Assembly: GCA_040390065.1 (NCBI GenBank)
Contig: JAZJZE010000001.1
Span: 32,001 to 96,000 of the forward strand
Source: a bacterium
Lineage (GTDB): Archaea > Thermoplasmatota > E2 > JACPAO01 > JAHFTW01
Length of the DNA: 64,000 nucleotides
Direction of reading: 5' to 3'
The notes under the pieces were generated by a model that was not told the origin of the DNA, searched no databases, and worked only from the letters and a program-made list of their open reading frames with translations. Shown here piece after piece: positions 49,353 through 60,442 of the stretch (positions within the stretch are counted from its first letter, which is position 1; every line of letters starts with the position of its first letter). The position numbers and the translations under genes are program-made.

Positions 49353-52300
49353 ATGACGGCGGCGTCGGGCCCGCACTCGGACATTCCTGTCCCGAAGAAG
49401 TATTCGCCCGATGAGATGGAGCGCCGCGTGCTGGCGAAGTGGGAACGGGAGGGCACGTTCCGGGCCCAACTCGACGCGGGGCGCAAGAACCATGCCAAGG
49501 ACCCGGCGGCGAAGTTCGTCTTCCTCGAAGGCCCGCCGACGGCCAACGGGTTGCCGCATCCCGGCCACGTCCTCACGCGGACGCTGAAGGATACGGTGTG
49601 CCGCTATCATGCGATGCAAGGCAAGTGGGTTCCCCGTAAAGCCGGCTGGGACTGCCACGGCCTTCCCGTCGAAATCGAGGTGCAGAAGGAACTCGGCCTG
49701 ACGCGTGTCGAGGACATCGGGACGAAGATCTCGATGGCGGACTTCAACCGCAAGTGCCGCGAATCTGTGTTCAAGTACAAGAAAAACTGGGAGGACATGT
49801 CGGCCCGCGTCGGCTTCTGGCTCGACTACGACGACCCCTACGTCACGATGGACGACAAGTACATCGAGTCGGTGTGGTGGAGCCTCAAGGTCCTTTTCGA
49901 CGCGGGCTTCCTGTTCAAGTCGCACAAGGTCGTCCCGTACTGCCCCCAGACTGGAACGAGCTACTCGAGCCATGAGGTCGCCCTCGGCTACAAGGACGTC
50001 GTCGACACGTCCGTCTACGTCAAGTTCAAGCTGGAAGGCGACGCCGACGGCGCATCCATCCTGTCGTGGACGACGACGCCGTGGACCTTGCCGGGCAACG
50101 TGGCGCTCGCCGTCGGCGCCGACATCGACTACGTGAAAGTGCGCGTCAAGAAAGCCAGCGACAAGGCAATGGCAAACGAGGGCGAGGTCCTCATCGTCGC
50201 GAAGTCGCTCGTCAAGGCCGCGCTGCGCAACGAAGTCGAAGTCGTCGCCGAGATGAAGGGTCGCGCCCTCGTCGGAAAATCGTACCGGCCACTCTTCCCC
50301 GGCGCCGTCGACCCCGCCGGCTCGAAGAAATCCTGGGTCGTCGTCCCGGCCGAGTTCGTCACCACGGAGGACGGCACCGGCGTCGTGCACACGGCCGTCA
50401 TGTACGGTGAGGACGACTACCAACTCGGCATGAAGGAAGGCCTGCCGGCCAAGCACAGCGTCGGCCTCGACGGGAATTTCCTGGCCCACGTCCCCGGCGG
50501 TGTTGCCGGCAAGTACGTGAAGGCCCCGGAGACCGAGGCCGCGCTCTTGGACCATCTGCGCAAGGGCGACGCATTGTACCGCGAGGCGAAGTACGAGCAC
50601 AGCTATCCGCACTGCTGGCGCACGGGGCATCCGCTTCTCTACTACGCCATGGATTCGTGGTACGTCCGCATGAGCAGCCTGCGCGACGAACTGCTGGCCA
50701 ACAACGCGGCCATCAACTGGGTGCCCGAGACCATCCAGGAGGGCCGCATGGGCGACTGGCTGCGCAACGTCAAGGACTGGGCCTTCAGCCGCAGCCGCTT
50801 CTGGGGCACGCCGCTGCCCGTCTGGGTCTGCACGGCCTGCAAGCACCAGACGTGCATCGGTTCGAAGGCAGAACTCGCGGCCGCCGGCATCACGGCTCCC
50901 GAACTGCACCGGCCCTTCGTCGACAAGCCAATCGACTGCCCCAAATGCAAGGGCAAGAAGACGGCGCAACGCGAGCCGTACGTCATCGACGTCTGGTACG
51001 ACTCCGGCGCGGCGCAGTTTGCACAATGGAACACGACGAGCACGTCGAACGCCGACCTGCGCGCGCAGTGGCCCATCGACTTCATCGCCGAGGGCTTGGA
51101 CCAGACCCGCGGCTGGTTCTACTCGCTGCTTGCCTCCGCAACGGCGCTCGGCAAGGCGATGCCCGATGCGGCCAAGAGTGGCCTGTTTGCGGGGCCGGCC
51201 TACCGCAACTGCGTCGTCAACGGACTGATCCTTGCCGCCGACGGCCGCAAGATGTCCAAGTCGCTCAAGAACTACATTCCGCCCGACCAAGTCTTCGCCA
51301 GCCAAGGCGCCGACGCGACGCGCTGGTACCTGCTGTCGACGACGGCGCCGTGGCAGGACAAGCGCTTCTACGAGGACGCCGTGCGCGAGACCTTCGGGAA
51401 ATTCTTCTCCACGCTTTGGAACACGTTCCTCTTCCAGCACCAGTACGCCAAACTCGACCACTGGACGCCCGAGAAGGCCCTGCCCGAAGCGAAATGGACG
51501 GACCTCGACAAGTGGCTGCTGTCGCGCCTCAACGCCACGATTGCCGAAGCCCGGTTCGAGGCCGATCGATACCACTTGCACAAGGCCACGCGTGCCATCG
51601 AGGCCTTCGTCGTCGGCGACTTGTCGAACTGGTGGGTGCGCCGTAGCCGCGACAGGTTCTGGGCCGACGCCACGAGCGCCGACAAGCAATCCGCCCATGC
51701 GGCTCTGTGGACGGCGCTGCACTCCATCACACGCATCACGGCGCCGTTTGCCCCCTTCATGGTCGAAGCCATCTGGTCCCACATTCGCCGCGCCGCGGAC
51801 CCAGATTCCGTGCATCTCGCCTTGCTGCCCGTAGCAGGCGCCCGCAACGAGGAACTGGAACGCGAAATGGCACAGGTGCGCGCACTTGCCGAAGCGGGGC
51901 GGGCCCTGCGCAGCAAGGTCAACATCCCGACACGCCACCCGCTTGGCCGCGCCGTCCTCGTCGGTACCTCCATCGGCCGCTTCTCCTCCATCCTTCAAGA
52001 CGAGATCAACGTCAAGAGCCTCGAGTCCGCGCACGATACGCGTGCCCTGAAGCACTTCGCGGCGAGGCCCAACCGCGGCGCTCTTGGGAAGGCCTTCAAG
52101 CGGCTCGGCGGCCCCATCGCGGACGCAATCGAGGCGCTCGACGGCGACCACGTGCAGCAGCAGACCGCGAAGGGCAAGATCGTCGGCGTCAACGTCGAAG
52201 GCCAGGAGCATCAACTCGGCGCCGAGTTCTTCGTGCTCGAGGAGAAGGACCGCGAGGGTTGGGCGTCCACACAGGTGGAAGGCGTCACACTGGCCTTGCA

Positions 52301-52610
52301 CATCCAACGCGACGGCAAACTCATCGCCGAAGCCCTCGCTCGCGAGGTCATCCGCCGCATCCAGGAAGTGCGCAAGGAGATGGACCTCCCCATCGACGAG
52401 GAGATCGACGTGACCCTTGCCTGCGGCCCCGAAGAGGAAGCCAAACTCACGCAGTTCCTGCACGTGGTGAAGTCCGACGTGCGCGGCCGCCGCGTCGTCT
52501 TCGGTGCCGTCGGCACGCACGCCAAGGCCTGGGACATCGACGGCGCCACGGTGAAGGCGGATGTCCTGCCCACGAAGACCGTGCGGCCCGGGGCCATCGA
52601 GGCGGCCTGA
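49353..52610 (+). CDS. ileS: Isoleucine-tRNA ligase
   Basis: EGPPTANGLPHPGH, GWDCHGLP, WTTTPWTLP, EGLDQTRGWF, KMSKS. Confidence 0.96.
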   Translation: MTAASGPHSDIPVPKKYSPDEMERRVLAKWEREGTFRAQLDAGRKNHAKDPAAKFVFLEGPPTANGLPHPGHVLTRTLKDTVCRYHAMQGKWVPRKAGWDCHGLPVEIEVQKELGLTRVEDIGTKISMADFNRKCRESVFKYKKNWEDMSARVGFWLDYDDPYVTMDDKYIESVWWSLKVLFDAGFLFKSHKVVPYCPQTGTSYSSHEVALGYKDVVDTSVYVKFKLEGDADGASILSWTTTPWTLPGNVALAVGADIDYVKVRVKKASDKAMANEGEVLIVAKSLVKAALRNEVEVVAEMKGRALVGKSYRPLFPGAVDPAGSKKSWVVVPAEFVTTEDGTGVVHTAVMYGEDDYQLGMKEGLPAKHSVGLDGNFLAHVPGGVAGKYVKAPETEAALLDHLRKGDALYREAKYEHSYPHCWRTGHPLLYYAMDSWYVRMSSLRDELLANNAAINWVPETIQEGRMGDWLRNVKDWAFSRSRFWGTPLPVWVCTACKHQTCIGSKAELAAAGITAPELHRPFVDKPIDCPKCKGKKTAQREPYVIDVWYDSGAAQFAQWNTTSTSNADLRAQWPIDFIAEGLDQTRGWFYSLLASATALGKAMPDAAKSGLFAGPAYRNCVVNGLILAADGRKMSKSLKNYIPPDQVFASQGADATRWYLLSTTAPWQDKRFYEDAVRETFGKFFSTLWNTFLFQHQYAKLDHWTPEKALPEAKWTDLDKWLLSRLNATIAEARFEADRYHLHKATRAIEAFVVGDLSNWWVRRSRDRFWADATSADKQSAHAALWTALHSITRITAPFAPFMVEAIWSHIRRAADPDSVHLALLPVAGARNEELEREMAQVRALAEAGRALRSKVNIPTRHPLGRAVLVGTSIGRFSSILQDEINVKSLESAHDTRALKHFAARPNRGALGKAFKRLGGPIADAIEALDGDHVQQQTAKGKIVGVNVEGQEHQLGAEFFVLEEKDREGWASTQVEGVTLALHIQRDGKLIAEALAREVIRRIQEVRKEMDLPIDEEIDVTLACGPEEEAKLTQFLHVVKSDVRGRRVVFGAVGTHAKAWDIDGATVKADVLPTKTVRPGAIEAA

Positions 52611-52612
52611 AC

Positions 52613-53914
52613 GTGTCCTCCCTCCTCATCCGCCACGCCACCATCCTGACGCAGGATGATTCCCGCAAAGTCCTGCAAGGCGACGTGTTCGTCGAGGGCG
52701 ACCGCATCACGCACGTGGGCGAAGTGAAAGGCCGCAAGGAGGCCGACCGCACGATCGACGGGACGGGCCAGGTCCTTCTCCCGGGGCTCATCAATCTGCA
52801 TACGCATTTGCCCATGACGCTGTTTCGTGGCTTCGGCGACGACATGCTGCTCGAGGCATGGCTGAAGGACAGGATTTGGCCGGCGGAGGACAAGTTCACG
52901 CCTGAGACGATGCGGGTCGGAGCCGACCTCGGGCTTCTCGAGATGATGATGTCGGGCACGACGTCGTTTCTTGACATGTACATGATGCAGGAGCAGGCCA
53001 TCATGCCGGCGGTCCGGGCGTCCGGGATGCGAGCGTGGCTCGGCGAGGGGATGGTCGATATCGGCAAGACAGAGCCCTCGGAGTTCAACCGCAAGCTGCC
53101 GGCCATCGAGCGCTTGGTGAAGGCCACGGCGAAGGACGCGTTGGTCAGGGCCTGTCCTGCGCCCCATGGGACGTACACGTGCCATGACGTCACGTACGCG
53201 GAGGCCGCGCGCATCGCCAACGAGTACGGGGTGCCGATGCACACGCATTGCTCGGAGACGCGCACGGAGGTCTACGACGTCGTGGCCAAACACGGCAAGA
53301 GGCCGGTGGCTCGCCTGTCGGACGCAGGCGCCCTTGGGAAGCGCTCGGTGCTGGCGCATTGCGGCTGGATCACGAAGGAGGAGGTGCGCACGATTGCCAC
53401 CGCGGGTGCAAGTGTCGCCCATTGCCCGGTCTCCAACCTGAAGCTTGCTACGGGCGGCGTGGCCCCGATTCCGGAGCTGCACGAAGCCGGCGTCAAGGTC
53501 GGCCTCGGCACGGATGGCGCCGCGTCGAACAACACGTTGGACATGCTGCAGACGATGAAGTTCGCGGCCCTCGTGCAGAAGAACCACCGCTGGGATGCAA
53601 CGGCGCTTCCCGCGCAACGCGTCCTCGACATGGCGACACGGGACGCCGCCGACGCCCTGCATCGCCCCGACTTGGGCCGAATCGTCGCGGGGGCGACGGC
53701 GGACATGTGCCTCGTCGACTTCCGGCGCCCACACCTCGTGCCGCGACACAACGCGGTGTCAAATCTCGTCTACGCGGCATCGGGCGGGGACGTTTCCGCC
53801 ACGATCGTTGGCGGCCGGGTGCTCATGTCGGAAGGCAAGGTCGACGCGCTGGATGTGCAGAAAGTGGTCGCGGCGGCTGAGCGAGCGTCCGTGGAGCTGA
53901 CGGGGGAAACTTAG
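52613..53914 (+). CDS. Amidohydrolase, MTA/SAH deaminase-like
   Basis: PGLINLHTH, HTHCSET, HCPVSNLKLA, LGTDGAASNN. Confidence 0.9.
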   Translation: MSSLLIRHATILTQDDSRKVLQGDVFVEGDRITHVGEVKGRKEADRTIDGTGQVLLPGLINLHTHLPMTLFRGFGDDMLLEAWLKDRIWPAEDKFTPETMRVGADLGLLEMMMSGTTSFLDMYMMQEQAIMPAVRASGMRAWLGEGMVDIGKTEPSEFNRKLPAIERLVKATAKDALVRACPAPHGTYTCHDVTYAEAARIANEYGVPMHTHCSETRTEVYDVVAKHGKRPVARLSDAGALGKRSVLAHCGWITKEEVRTIATAGASVAHCPVSNLKLATGGVAPIPELHEAGVKVGLGTDGAASNNTLDMLQTMKFAALVQKNHRWDATALPAQRVLDMATRDAADALHRPDLGRIVAGATADMCLVDFRRPHLVPRHNAVSNLVYAASGGDVSATIVGGRVLMSEGKVDALDVQKVVAAAERASVELTGET

Positions 53915-54095
53915 CGGCTCGTATTCCGCGTTGGACGCAGAATTACTTGGATGTGCCAGGGGCCGACTTGGAGATGGCCGGCCCGCTGGTGAAAGCAGCT
54001 TGGCCAAACTACCCCAACCTTCATGTTCTAGGGCAGGTGGTCAAACAGCGGTGCGGTCGGTGCGGTTCGGTTATTCACGTCGGTTTTCTCTTGTC

Positions 54096-57000
54096 ATGGC
54101 GGCCGGCACATCCCTCCTGGTGCTCCTTTTGGTCCGGCCAGCTGCGGCGTCCTGGGACTCGGGAGTCGTCACGCCATCAGACACATCCGCAGAAATCGGC
54201 CTATACTGGCAATCAACAAACGATCCCGGTTCCACGGCCATCGATGTTTGGATTTGGGATTCCCCGCCCGCCATGGTTGCCTGCACCTTCGATATCCTAG
54301 TCTTCCCGAACTCTTCGGGCGGCTCCTGCACCGCGTCCGGTCTTATGCCGTGCCATGCGTACCACTATGTGTTCAGGGGCGCCGAGAGTGGCGCACTCAT
54401 CGGGGACGGCGGAAACTTCGACACCACAGGATGCCAGGCCGCCGTGGAACCTGCTGTTATCGTGGAAGGAGTTGAGGTTTCAAGTCCAAACACGATTGAC
54501 ATCCTCTGCATCGGTCCGACCACTCCTAGCTTCAGTCCGGTCGACCAATGGGGATTCGAAATCACTGGCGGAATCATCGATTGGGGTGATGAAACGTCGT
54601 CCGAGTTTGGCTGGCCAACGGACCCATTGAGCCACTACTGGGCGACCGGCACGTACACCATGACAGTGACGGCTCACTTCGCCAATGAGGCTAGCGACGC
54701 GGAGACACCTTATGCAGTGACGGTCGGTCCAAGCTGCCCGCCGCCAACCCCATCCGGTTACACCAACCCTTCCATCACGGGGGCCGGCTGGCGATGCGGC
54801 CAAGCGCCCGGCGAGGTCATCGTCTACTGGGACCTCGCGCCAGGCTACGGAGCCAGCGGCTGGTATTACCCATACGGAGCCTACGTCCGCACCGCCTACG
54901 AGACTCCAGCGCCAGCCTTCGTGACATCGGCGCACAACTCCAAGCGTTACACCGGACTGGCGGCCGGTACGCCAATCCAGTTCTGGATTGCCCCCTACAT
55001 GGAAGGGATCGGAAGTTACGTCTACGTCACGGCCACCCCCTGTGGACCGCCAAATGCTCCGTCGGACCTTGTTGGATGGCCGCGCGCTGGCTACAACCTC
55101 CTAAGCTGGAAACCCGCCAATCCACAAGGCCCGTGGCCTGCAACGGGCTACAAGATTTGGCGCGACTCCCTCGACAGCGAACCCATCCGCGTCGGCGCCG
55201 TCTCCGGCTTCCAGGACGCGGTCAACTCCGTCGGCCAAACGAACTCATACTGGATTGCTGCATTCAACCCCTACGGAGAAAGCGCGATTCAGGGTCCGGT
55301 AGACGTCGGCCTGACCTATCGCGTACCGTACGCCCCGCCCTTCTGGGCAACGGCGGGGTCATCGCGCGGTACGATCTCGTTGTCCTGGAACACTCCGCTG
55401 GATGGCGGCCGCCCAATCACGGAGTACGTCATCCTCCACGCGCTGGCAGTCGGTAGCGGCCCCTTCCTCTATTCGGAGATTCACCGTGTCCCGGCATCCA
55501 CGACGAGTTGGCATGCAACCGGTCTCCCCGACGGCGACTTGCAGTTGTACAAGCTCTTCGCCGTCAGCAGTGCCGGCGACGGCGACAAGGCCGATGCGTC
55601 GGCCCACCCATGGGCCGCGGTCGAAGCCGCCGGGCCAACGATTCGGTCTCCTCCCGCCTGCTGGCCCACCGGCTGCGCCAACACAATGCCGGGCTTGACC
55701 GGCGTCCCAGCCGCCGTCGGCCTTCCCCTTGAAACCGTTCACCTCCCAAACGGCGAGCCGCTGCACACGACGTTCACCATCGATTGGGGCGACTTCAATT
55801 ACCACGGCAATGTCAAGAAAAAGTCGACTGGCACCGAATACGACACCTACTGGATCTCGTACGAGTTCTCGTTCGGCACCAACCCGTTGCCCTGTTCACC
55901 CTTCGACGGTTGCCTGGCTGGCCAGGAATACGATTTCATACTTGGCAGACTTTACTACTCGGATGCCGCCTTCGAATGGCAACCGGTGCCATATGGAAAC
56001 ATCCACGGCAACTCCGCTATGACGGGGACCGGCGGCCATTACTCATGGTCCTTCACGCCTGGTTCCATGGACGCGTCGGCCACCGAGTTCGGGTTATCGC
56101 AGCGGCGGGACCATACGGACTTCAAGATTGTCTGGGAACCGCTCCCAGGTGATCCCGCCAAGAATTGGCGGGTCAACCTCTCGGCGGCGCAGTTCCAACT
56201 CGTTGCCCAACCCCTCCTCGAAGTTCACGGCATTGATCCCATCTGGAATCGCGACCACAACGGCGACGCGCGAGAGCCAATAGACGGAAACCACTATTTC
56301 CAGAAAGCGGGGTGGGGAATCGACCAACCCTGGGACGGTCCCAACAAGGCACCTGCGGTGCCACCGGCGGCCGAACCGCCCAGTTCCGCAGGGGCAAGCG
56401 ACAACGTCCACTTCGATGCGAACTTGCGGAGCCAAGCCGTTCTTGAATACGGCCAGGACCCTTGGGCATGGTCCAAGGTCAACGTCTTCCGCAACTTCTG
56501 GTACGACGGCAAACAGGACATCCGGGCCTCGGCACGCGAACTCTTGCACGCACTCGGAGACGAAACCGGGATTCTGGAGCAGACGGCAGAATGGAAGGAC
56601 CTCAAGACGCCAAGCAACGTGGCCGTCAAGTTCGACGGCCCAGTCGCCATCGCAGCCCACAGCATGGGCGGCTTAGTTTCCCGTTACGCGCTCGAGGTCG
56701 CGGCCCCCGGTCGTGGGTACGTCAATCGACTCATCACCATGGAAACCCCGCACATGGGGACCGGCATCGCCAAGGACCTACGAGGTCTCAGCCTGGACCT
56801 CTCTTCGGACCCGTACTACGTGAACGGCCAAGGCGAACCCATCTTTGCATACCGGATGGACGACTGGAGCTGGGGCCACCACTGGGTTCAGGTTCGAGAC
56901 TGGCAAGAATCAAATCCTACCGAATGGAAATGCCCAAGTACTGGGGGAGGAGCGTATCGTCCTTGGGGTAATTCGCAATGTTCGGCGCCAGGAGGAAGCT

Positions 57001-58670
57001 TCCCTGGGCCTGATGTTCGTGCGGACTTTGAAATCGGTGAACCGGATGCAGGCAACTTCGTGCTGAAGCAGATGAATGATCACTTCGTGGAGAACCACGC
57101 GAAGAACCCGGGCATGGACTACTTCTTCCTGGCCGGCGAGGCATGGGACGACAACGGCGACTATGCCGTCAGCAGGTGGAGCGCAACGTTTGCCGATAGC
57201 CCCGACTTCTGCAGGGCCACCATCTACGGCCCCCAACCGGATGGCGGCAACTGGTATCCCGGCCTTACTGGCGACTACAGCCGGGGGGGCCCCATGGGGC
57301 AAGGATTCCACACGTTCGTCACGGTATCGAGCTTTGCAGGGCAACGCTCACTGCACTTCCTCGAAGGACGCCGCGACGCTTCCGTCGGCACCTGCCCGTC
57401 ATCCACCATGATGTCGAGCGTGTCCATGGCCACTGCCCCTACCATTGCGGAGCCCATCAAAGCAGCCGCGCGGCTTCGACACAATTCAACAACCGCCGGT
57501 GAGGAGTACACATTTAGTTGGCGCCTGAGCGGAGCTAACAACGCCACGGCCTTCGTGGCAGCCAATCCGGATGTCCTGGCCTCAAGCGCCATCGCGCTGA
57601 CGGCCCCAAACGGCACGACCAGCAGCTTCCCGACGAATTCGACTTGGGCCAAGTGGAGTCCGCTCTTCGAAAGCGAGGCGGGCGGTCGCCTCCTCATCCA
57701 GGTAACCCCAAATCCGGGCAACGGAACCTGGAAACTGAAGTTCACGGCGCCAATCTCTAGCCCGGCGCCCTTCGTTAGCGTCACGTACAGGAGCCGCATG
57801 ACAACCACGGATGAGACCGTCAAGCTGGTGAGAATCGGCACCCCGGCAGTCTTCAAGGTACGCATGCTCCATGACGGAATGCCCGAGGGGTCGCCTGTCG
57901 TGCATTTCACAGACCCGACGACGAACATGTCCATCGAGAGGCCCCTGCATGACGATGGCCTGGGAGGCGACGAAAGCGCGGGCGACGGCGCGTACAGCGC
58001 CGGGTACTTGTTTGCAATCCCTGGCGTCGTTCCCTACCAGATCCACGCTACTTCCAGCCACGCGGACCGCGTCTTCATGGATTCGCTTACGATGTTCGTG
58101 GCGGAACAGCAGTGGATGGCCTACTGTCCCGGTCAATTTGTTTCCCCCACGTCAGGGACGCCAGGCGGCGCGGCGGCAATTCTTCAAGCGGACCCGCACG
58201 ATACAGCAGCGTGCGTCGCCGAGGCGTCGCCGGTGCCCATCAAGATTCCAGCCTTGCCGAAGAACCCGGCACGGTGCCAACCGACGCACCTCCTGACGGA
58301 TTCAGCCTTCCCTGCCAATACAACCATCTGCGTCATCACTGACGGCGTGAACATTTGCGTGCTTGCCGGTCCAGCGTCCGCCAATCTCACGGTCTGCGGA
58401 AGCGCCGCCTTCGGGGGCACTATCAGGAGCTGCGCAACCGCGCATGCCAGCGATCTCTTTGCCGGGGCGCAGGGCTGCATCCACGTAAGCCAGTTCGACC
58501 CCCTCCTGTGCGCCGCCATCGCCAGCCAAGGAAACGTGATTGCCAACCTGGCCGCCTCAACATGCCCAGTGCAAGCGGTTGTAGAGAAGTGTGCCAATCC
58601 TGAAGGGGCACGGCCTCCGGCGATACCGCCGCTACCAAACCCAGAAAATTGCAAACCCCGCGTTCGCTAG
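54096..58670 (+). CDS. Giant secreted multidomain protein: PKD-like, Fn3 repeats, alpha/beta-hydrolase (lipase-like), DDG-type anchor motif, Cys-rich C-terminus
   Basis: Signal peptide PAAA|S; IDWGD; LSW..P..GG.PIT.Y Fn3 units; VHGI, AHSMGG nucleophile elbow, ETPHMGT, GDYAV; LHDDGLGGDESAGDGAYSA; start uncertain. Confidence 0.8.
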   Translation: MAAGTSLLVLLLVRPAAASWDSGVVTPSDTSAEIGLYWQSTNDPGSTAIDVWIWDSPPAMVACTFDILVFPNSSGGSCTASGLMPCHAYHYVFRGAESGALIGDGGNFDTTGCQAAVEPAVIVEGVEVSSPNTIDILCIGPTTPSFSPVDQWGFEITGGIIDWGDETSSEFGWPTDPLSHYWATGTYTMTVTAHFANEASDAETPYAVTVGPSCPPPTPSGYTNPSITGAGWRCGQAPGEVIVYWDLAPGYGASGWYYPYGAYVRTAYETPAPAFVTSAHNSKRYTGLAAGTPIQFWIAPYMEGIGSYVYVTATPCGPPNAPSDLVGWPRAGYNLLSWKPANPQGPWPATGYKIWRDSLDSEPIRVGAVSGFQDAVNSVGQTNSYWIAAFNPYGESAIQGPVDVGLTYRVPYAPPFWATAGSSRGTISLSWNTPLDGGRPITEYVILHALAVGSGPFLYSEIHRVPASTTSWHATGLPDGDLQLYKLFAVSSAGDGDKADASAHPWAAVEAAGPTIRSPPACWPTGCANTMPGLTGVPAAVGLPLETVHLPNGEPLHTTFTIDWGDFNYHGNVKKKSTGTEYDTYWISYEFSFGTNPLPCSPFDGCLAGQEYDFILGRLYYSDAAFEWQPVPYGNIHGNSAMTGTGGHYSWSFTPGSMDASATEFGLSQRRDHTDFKIVWEPLPGDPAKNWRVNLSAAQFQLVAQPLLEVHGIDPIWNRDHNGDAREPIDGNHYFQKAGWGIDQPWDGPNKAPAVPPAAEPPSSAGASDNVHFDANLRSQAVLEYGQDPWAWSKVNVFRNFWYDGKQDIRASARELLHALGDETGILEQTAEWKDLKTPSNVAVKFDGPVAIAAHSMGGLVSRYALEVAAPGRGYVNRLITMETPHMGTGIAKDLRGLSLDLSSDPYYVNGQGEPIFAYRMDDWSWGHHWVQVRDWQESNPTEWKCPSTGGGAYRPWGNSQCSAPGGSFPGPDVRADFEIGEPDAGNFVLKQMNDHFVENHAKNPGMDYFFLAGEAWDDNGDYAVSRWSATFADSPDFCRATIYGPQPDGGNWYPGLTGDYSRGGPMGQGFHTFVTVSSFAGQRSLHFLEGRRDASVGTCPSSTMMSSVSMATAPTIAEPIKAAARLRHNSTTAGEEYTFSWRLSGANNATAFVAANPDVLASSAIALTAPNGTTSSFPTNSTWAKWSPLFESEAGGRLLIQVTPNPGNGTWKLKFTAPISSPAPFVSVTYRSRMTTTDETVKLVRIGTPAVFKVRMLHDGMPEGSPVVHFTDPTTNMSIERPLHDDGLGGDESAGDGAYSAGYLFAIPGVVPYQIHATSSHADRVFMDSLTMFVAEQQWMAYCPGQFVSPTSGTPGGAAAILQADPHDTAACVAEASPVPIKIPALPKNPARCQPTHLLTDSAFPANTTICVITDGVNICVLAGPASANLTVCGSAAFGGTIRSCATAHASDLFAGAQGCIHVSQFDPLLCAAIASQGNVIANLAASTCPVQAVVEKCANPEGARPPAIPPLPNPENCKPRVR

Positions 58671-58679
58671 GAGACTCCA

Positions 58680-59531
58680 ATGCACCCACGACCATCAAGA
58701 TCACAGCACAACGCATGGCTGCTGGCAGCGGCGGCGATCGTCCTTCTTGTTACTCCTGGCTGCGTCACCAACTGTCAGAAAGGGCCTCTGCTCGGTCAAT
58801 GGTACGACGACGGCACCTACAGCGAGGCGCGCGTCAAATTCCAAGGCGCAATTCCCACAGGATCTCCCGTCACGTGGTGGTCGGGTTGGCGCGACATCCC
58901 CGAAGGTCTCCCCTTTGTCGACGAGACGGCCGACGCCGCGTTCCACGGAGATTATCGCCTCATGACGATGGGGCACCAAGTAGGAACCAGTGCGGTGGGA
59001 ATCGGTTTTGGTTGTGGATCGAACTGCCTGAATTACACGGCATCGCTGGCGGGCAAGTACACGCTTGCAGGATACTTCGAGGCCAACGTATCGCGCCTGG
59101 CCATTGCTGAGGACTTCCTGGCCGAAATCACTACACTTTCGCCGACGGAGCGCCGAGCCCTCGCGGAAGCATGGGTGGCTGGTCCGGGGATTTACGGTCA
59201 CCACGAATGGTATGGCGACGTTCCCCTTCGGCTAGAGCCGCTCTTCGTTTCCCTGCATCCCTCGTTCGCGCCGCACTCATGGAAGGCTCACGTCGACGAA
59301 GGCTGGAGTTTCTCCTTCACCTGGGGCACGGCTCAGGCAACCCTCCCTTGGGGTGAGGCGGAAGCGGATGTTGCAATCGACGCTCTCGACAGGGTGTCTG
59401 TTGGATTCCAGCACGGGGGCCCAGAGACGGAAGCCGATTATGAAGCCGCGAGTCGTGCAATCCTTCGTACGCTGGGCTTGCCGCCTCCCAGCTTCAACGG
59501 GCTCCACACCGAGCGACCATGCACAGTCTAG
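58680..59531 (+). CDS. Lipoprotein of unknown function
   Basis: Hydrophobic stretch with TPGC lipobox-like site; 9 nt after upstream stop with AGGAG RBS. Confidence 0.7.
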   Translation: MHPRPSRSQHNAWLLAAAAIVLLVTPGCVTNCQKGPLLGQWYDDGTYSEARVKFQGAIPTGSPVTWWSGWRDIPEGLPFVDETADAAFHGDYRLMTMGHQVGTSAVGIGFGCGSNCLNYTASLAGKYTLAGYFEANVSRLAIAEDFLAEITTLSPTERRALAEAWVAGPGIYGHHEWYGDVPLRLEPLFVSLHPSFAPHSWKAHVDEGWSFSFTWGTAQATLPWGEAEADVAIDALDRVSVGFQHGGPETEADYEAASRAILRTLGLPPPSFNGLHTERPCTV

Positions 59532-59635
59532 GCGACGCGTCCACGAGGGAGAGCCGGTATAGGCGGCGTAGACTCCCCCCCATCCCGCCAGACGGACCCC
59601 ATAGTCGTTAAATCGCCGCCGTCCTCAAGGCGAGC

Positions 59636-60442
59636 GTGGCCGCCGCCCCGCCCGTCGTCACCCAGAGCCCGAAGCCGCGCCCGGTGAGCCACGCCGCCGC
59701 GACGACGGCGCCGCGGGCCGACGTCATCATCGCCGCCCGCGGACTTGGCAAGACGTACGAGTCCGGCCGGCTGCGCGTCGAGGCCCTCATCGACGTCAAC
59801 CTCGAGGTGCGCCGCGGCGAGATGGTGGCCATCATGGGCCCGAGCGGCTGCGGCAAGACGACGCTTCTGAACTGCCTGTCCGGCCTCGACGACGTGACGC
59901 GCGGCCAGGTCATCCTCGAAGGCAAGGACGTCGCCGCCATGGGGGACAAGGAGCGCACCAAGCTGCGCAGCCGCCGCATGGGCTTCGTCTTCCAGTCGTT
60001 CAACCTGCTACCCGTGTTGACGGCCCTCGAAAACGTCGAGTTGCCCTTGCTCGTCTCCGGCGCCGAGCCGAAGGAGGCCGAGACCCGCGCCCGGGCGGCC
60101 CTTGCCCAAGTGGGCCTCGCTCCGTACGTCGACCACAAGCCGCGCGAACTCTCCGGTGGCCAGCAGCAACGCGTCACGGTGGCGCGCAGCCTGGTCAACA
60201 GCCCCGCCATCGTCTGGGCCGACGAGCCGACGGGCAACCTCGACACCAAGAACAGCCAGGAGATCCTCGACCTCCTGCACCGCCTCAACCAGCAACTCGG
60301 CCAGACGTACCTCATCGTGACGCACGAACCCGACATCGCGCGCAGCTGCCACCGCGTCGTGCACATGGAGTCCGGCCGCATCCGAAAAGTCGAGGCCGGC
60401 GAGGGGCGCAGCCTGCAGCTTGCCCAATACCGGCGGACCTAG
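59636..60442 (+). CDS. ABC transporter ATPase, LolD/MacB-like
   Basis: [35 protein letters not shown]. Confidence 0.95.
   Translation: MAAAPPVVTQSPKPRPVSHAAATTAPRADVIIAARGLGKTYESGRLRVEALIDVNLEVRRGEMVAIMGPSGCGKTTLLNCLSGLDDVTRGQVILEGKDVAAMGDKERTKLRSRRMGFVFQSFNLLPVLTALENVELPLLVSGAEPKEAETRARAALAQVGLAPYVDHKPRELSGGQQQRVTVARSLVNSPAIVWADEPTGNLDTKNSQEILDLLHRLNQQLGQTYLIVTHEPDIARSCHRVVHMESGRIRKVEAGEGRSLQLAQYRRT

Noticed and set aside
49245-52520. 1091-aa minus-strand ORF (likewise 9145-10947+, 23491-25650+, 31872-34409-, 31949-33718+, 36099-38123+)
   Set aside because: Shadow or alternate-frame ORFs of well-supported genes, expected at this GC content, with no recognisable motifs
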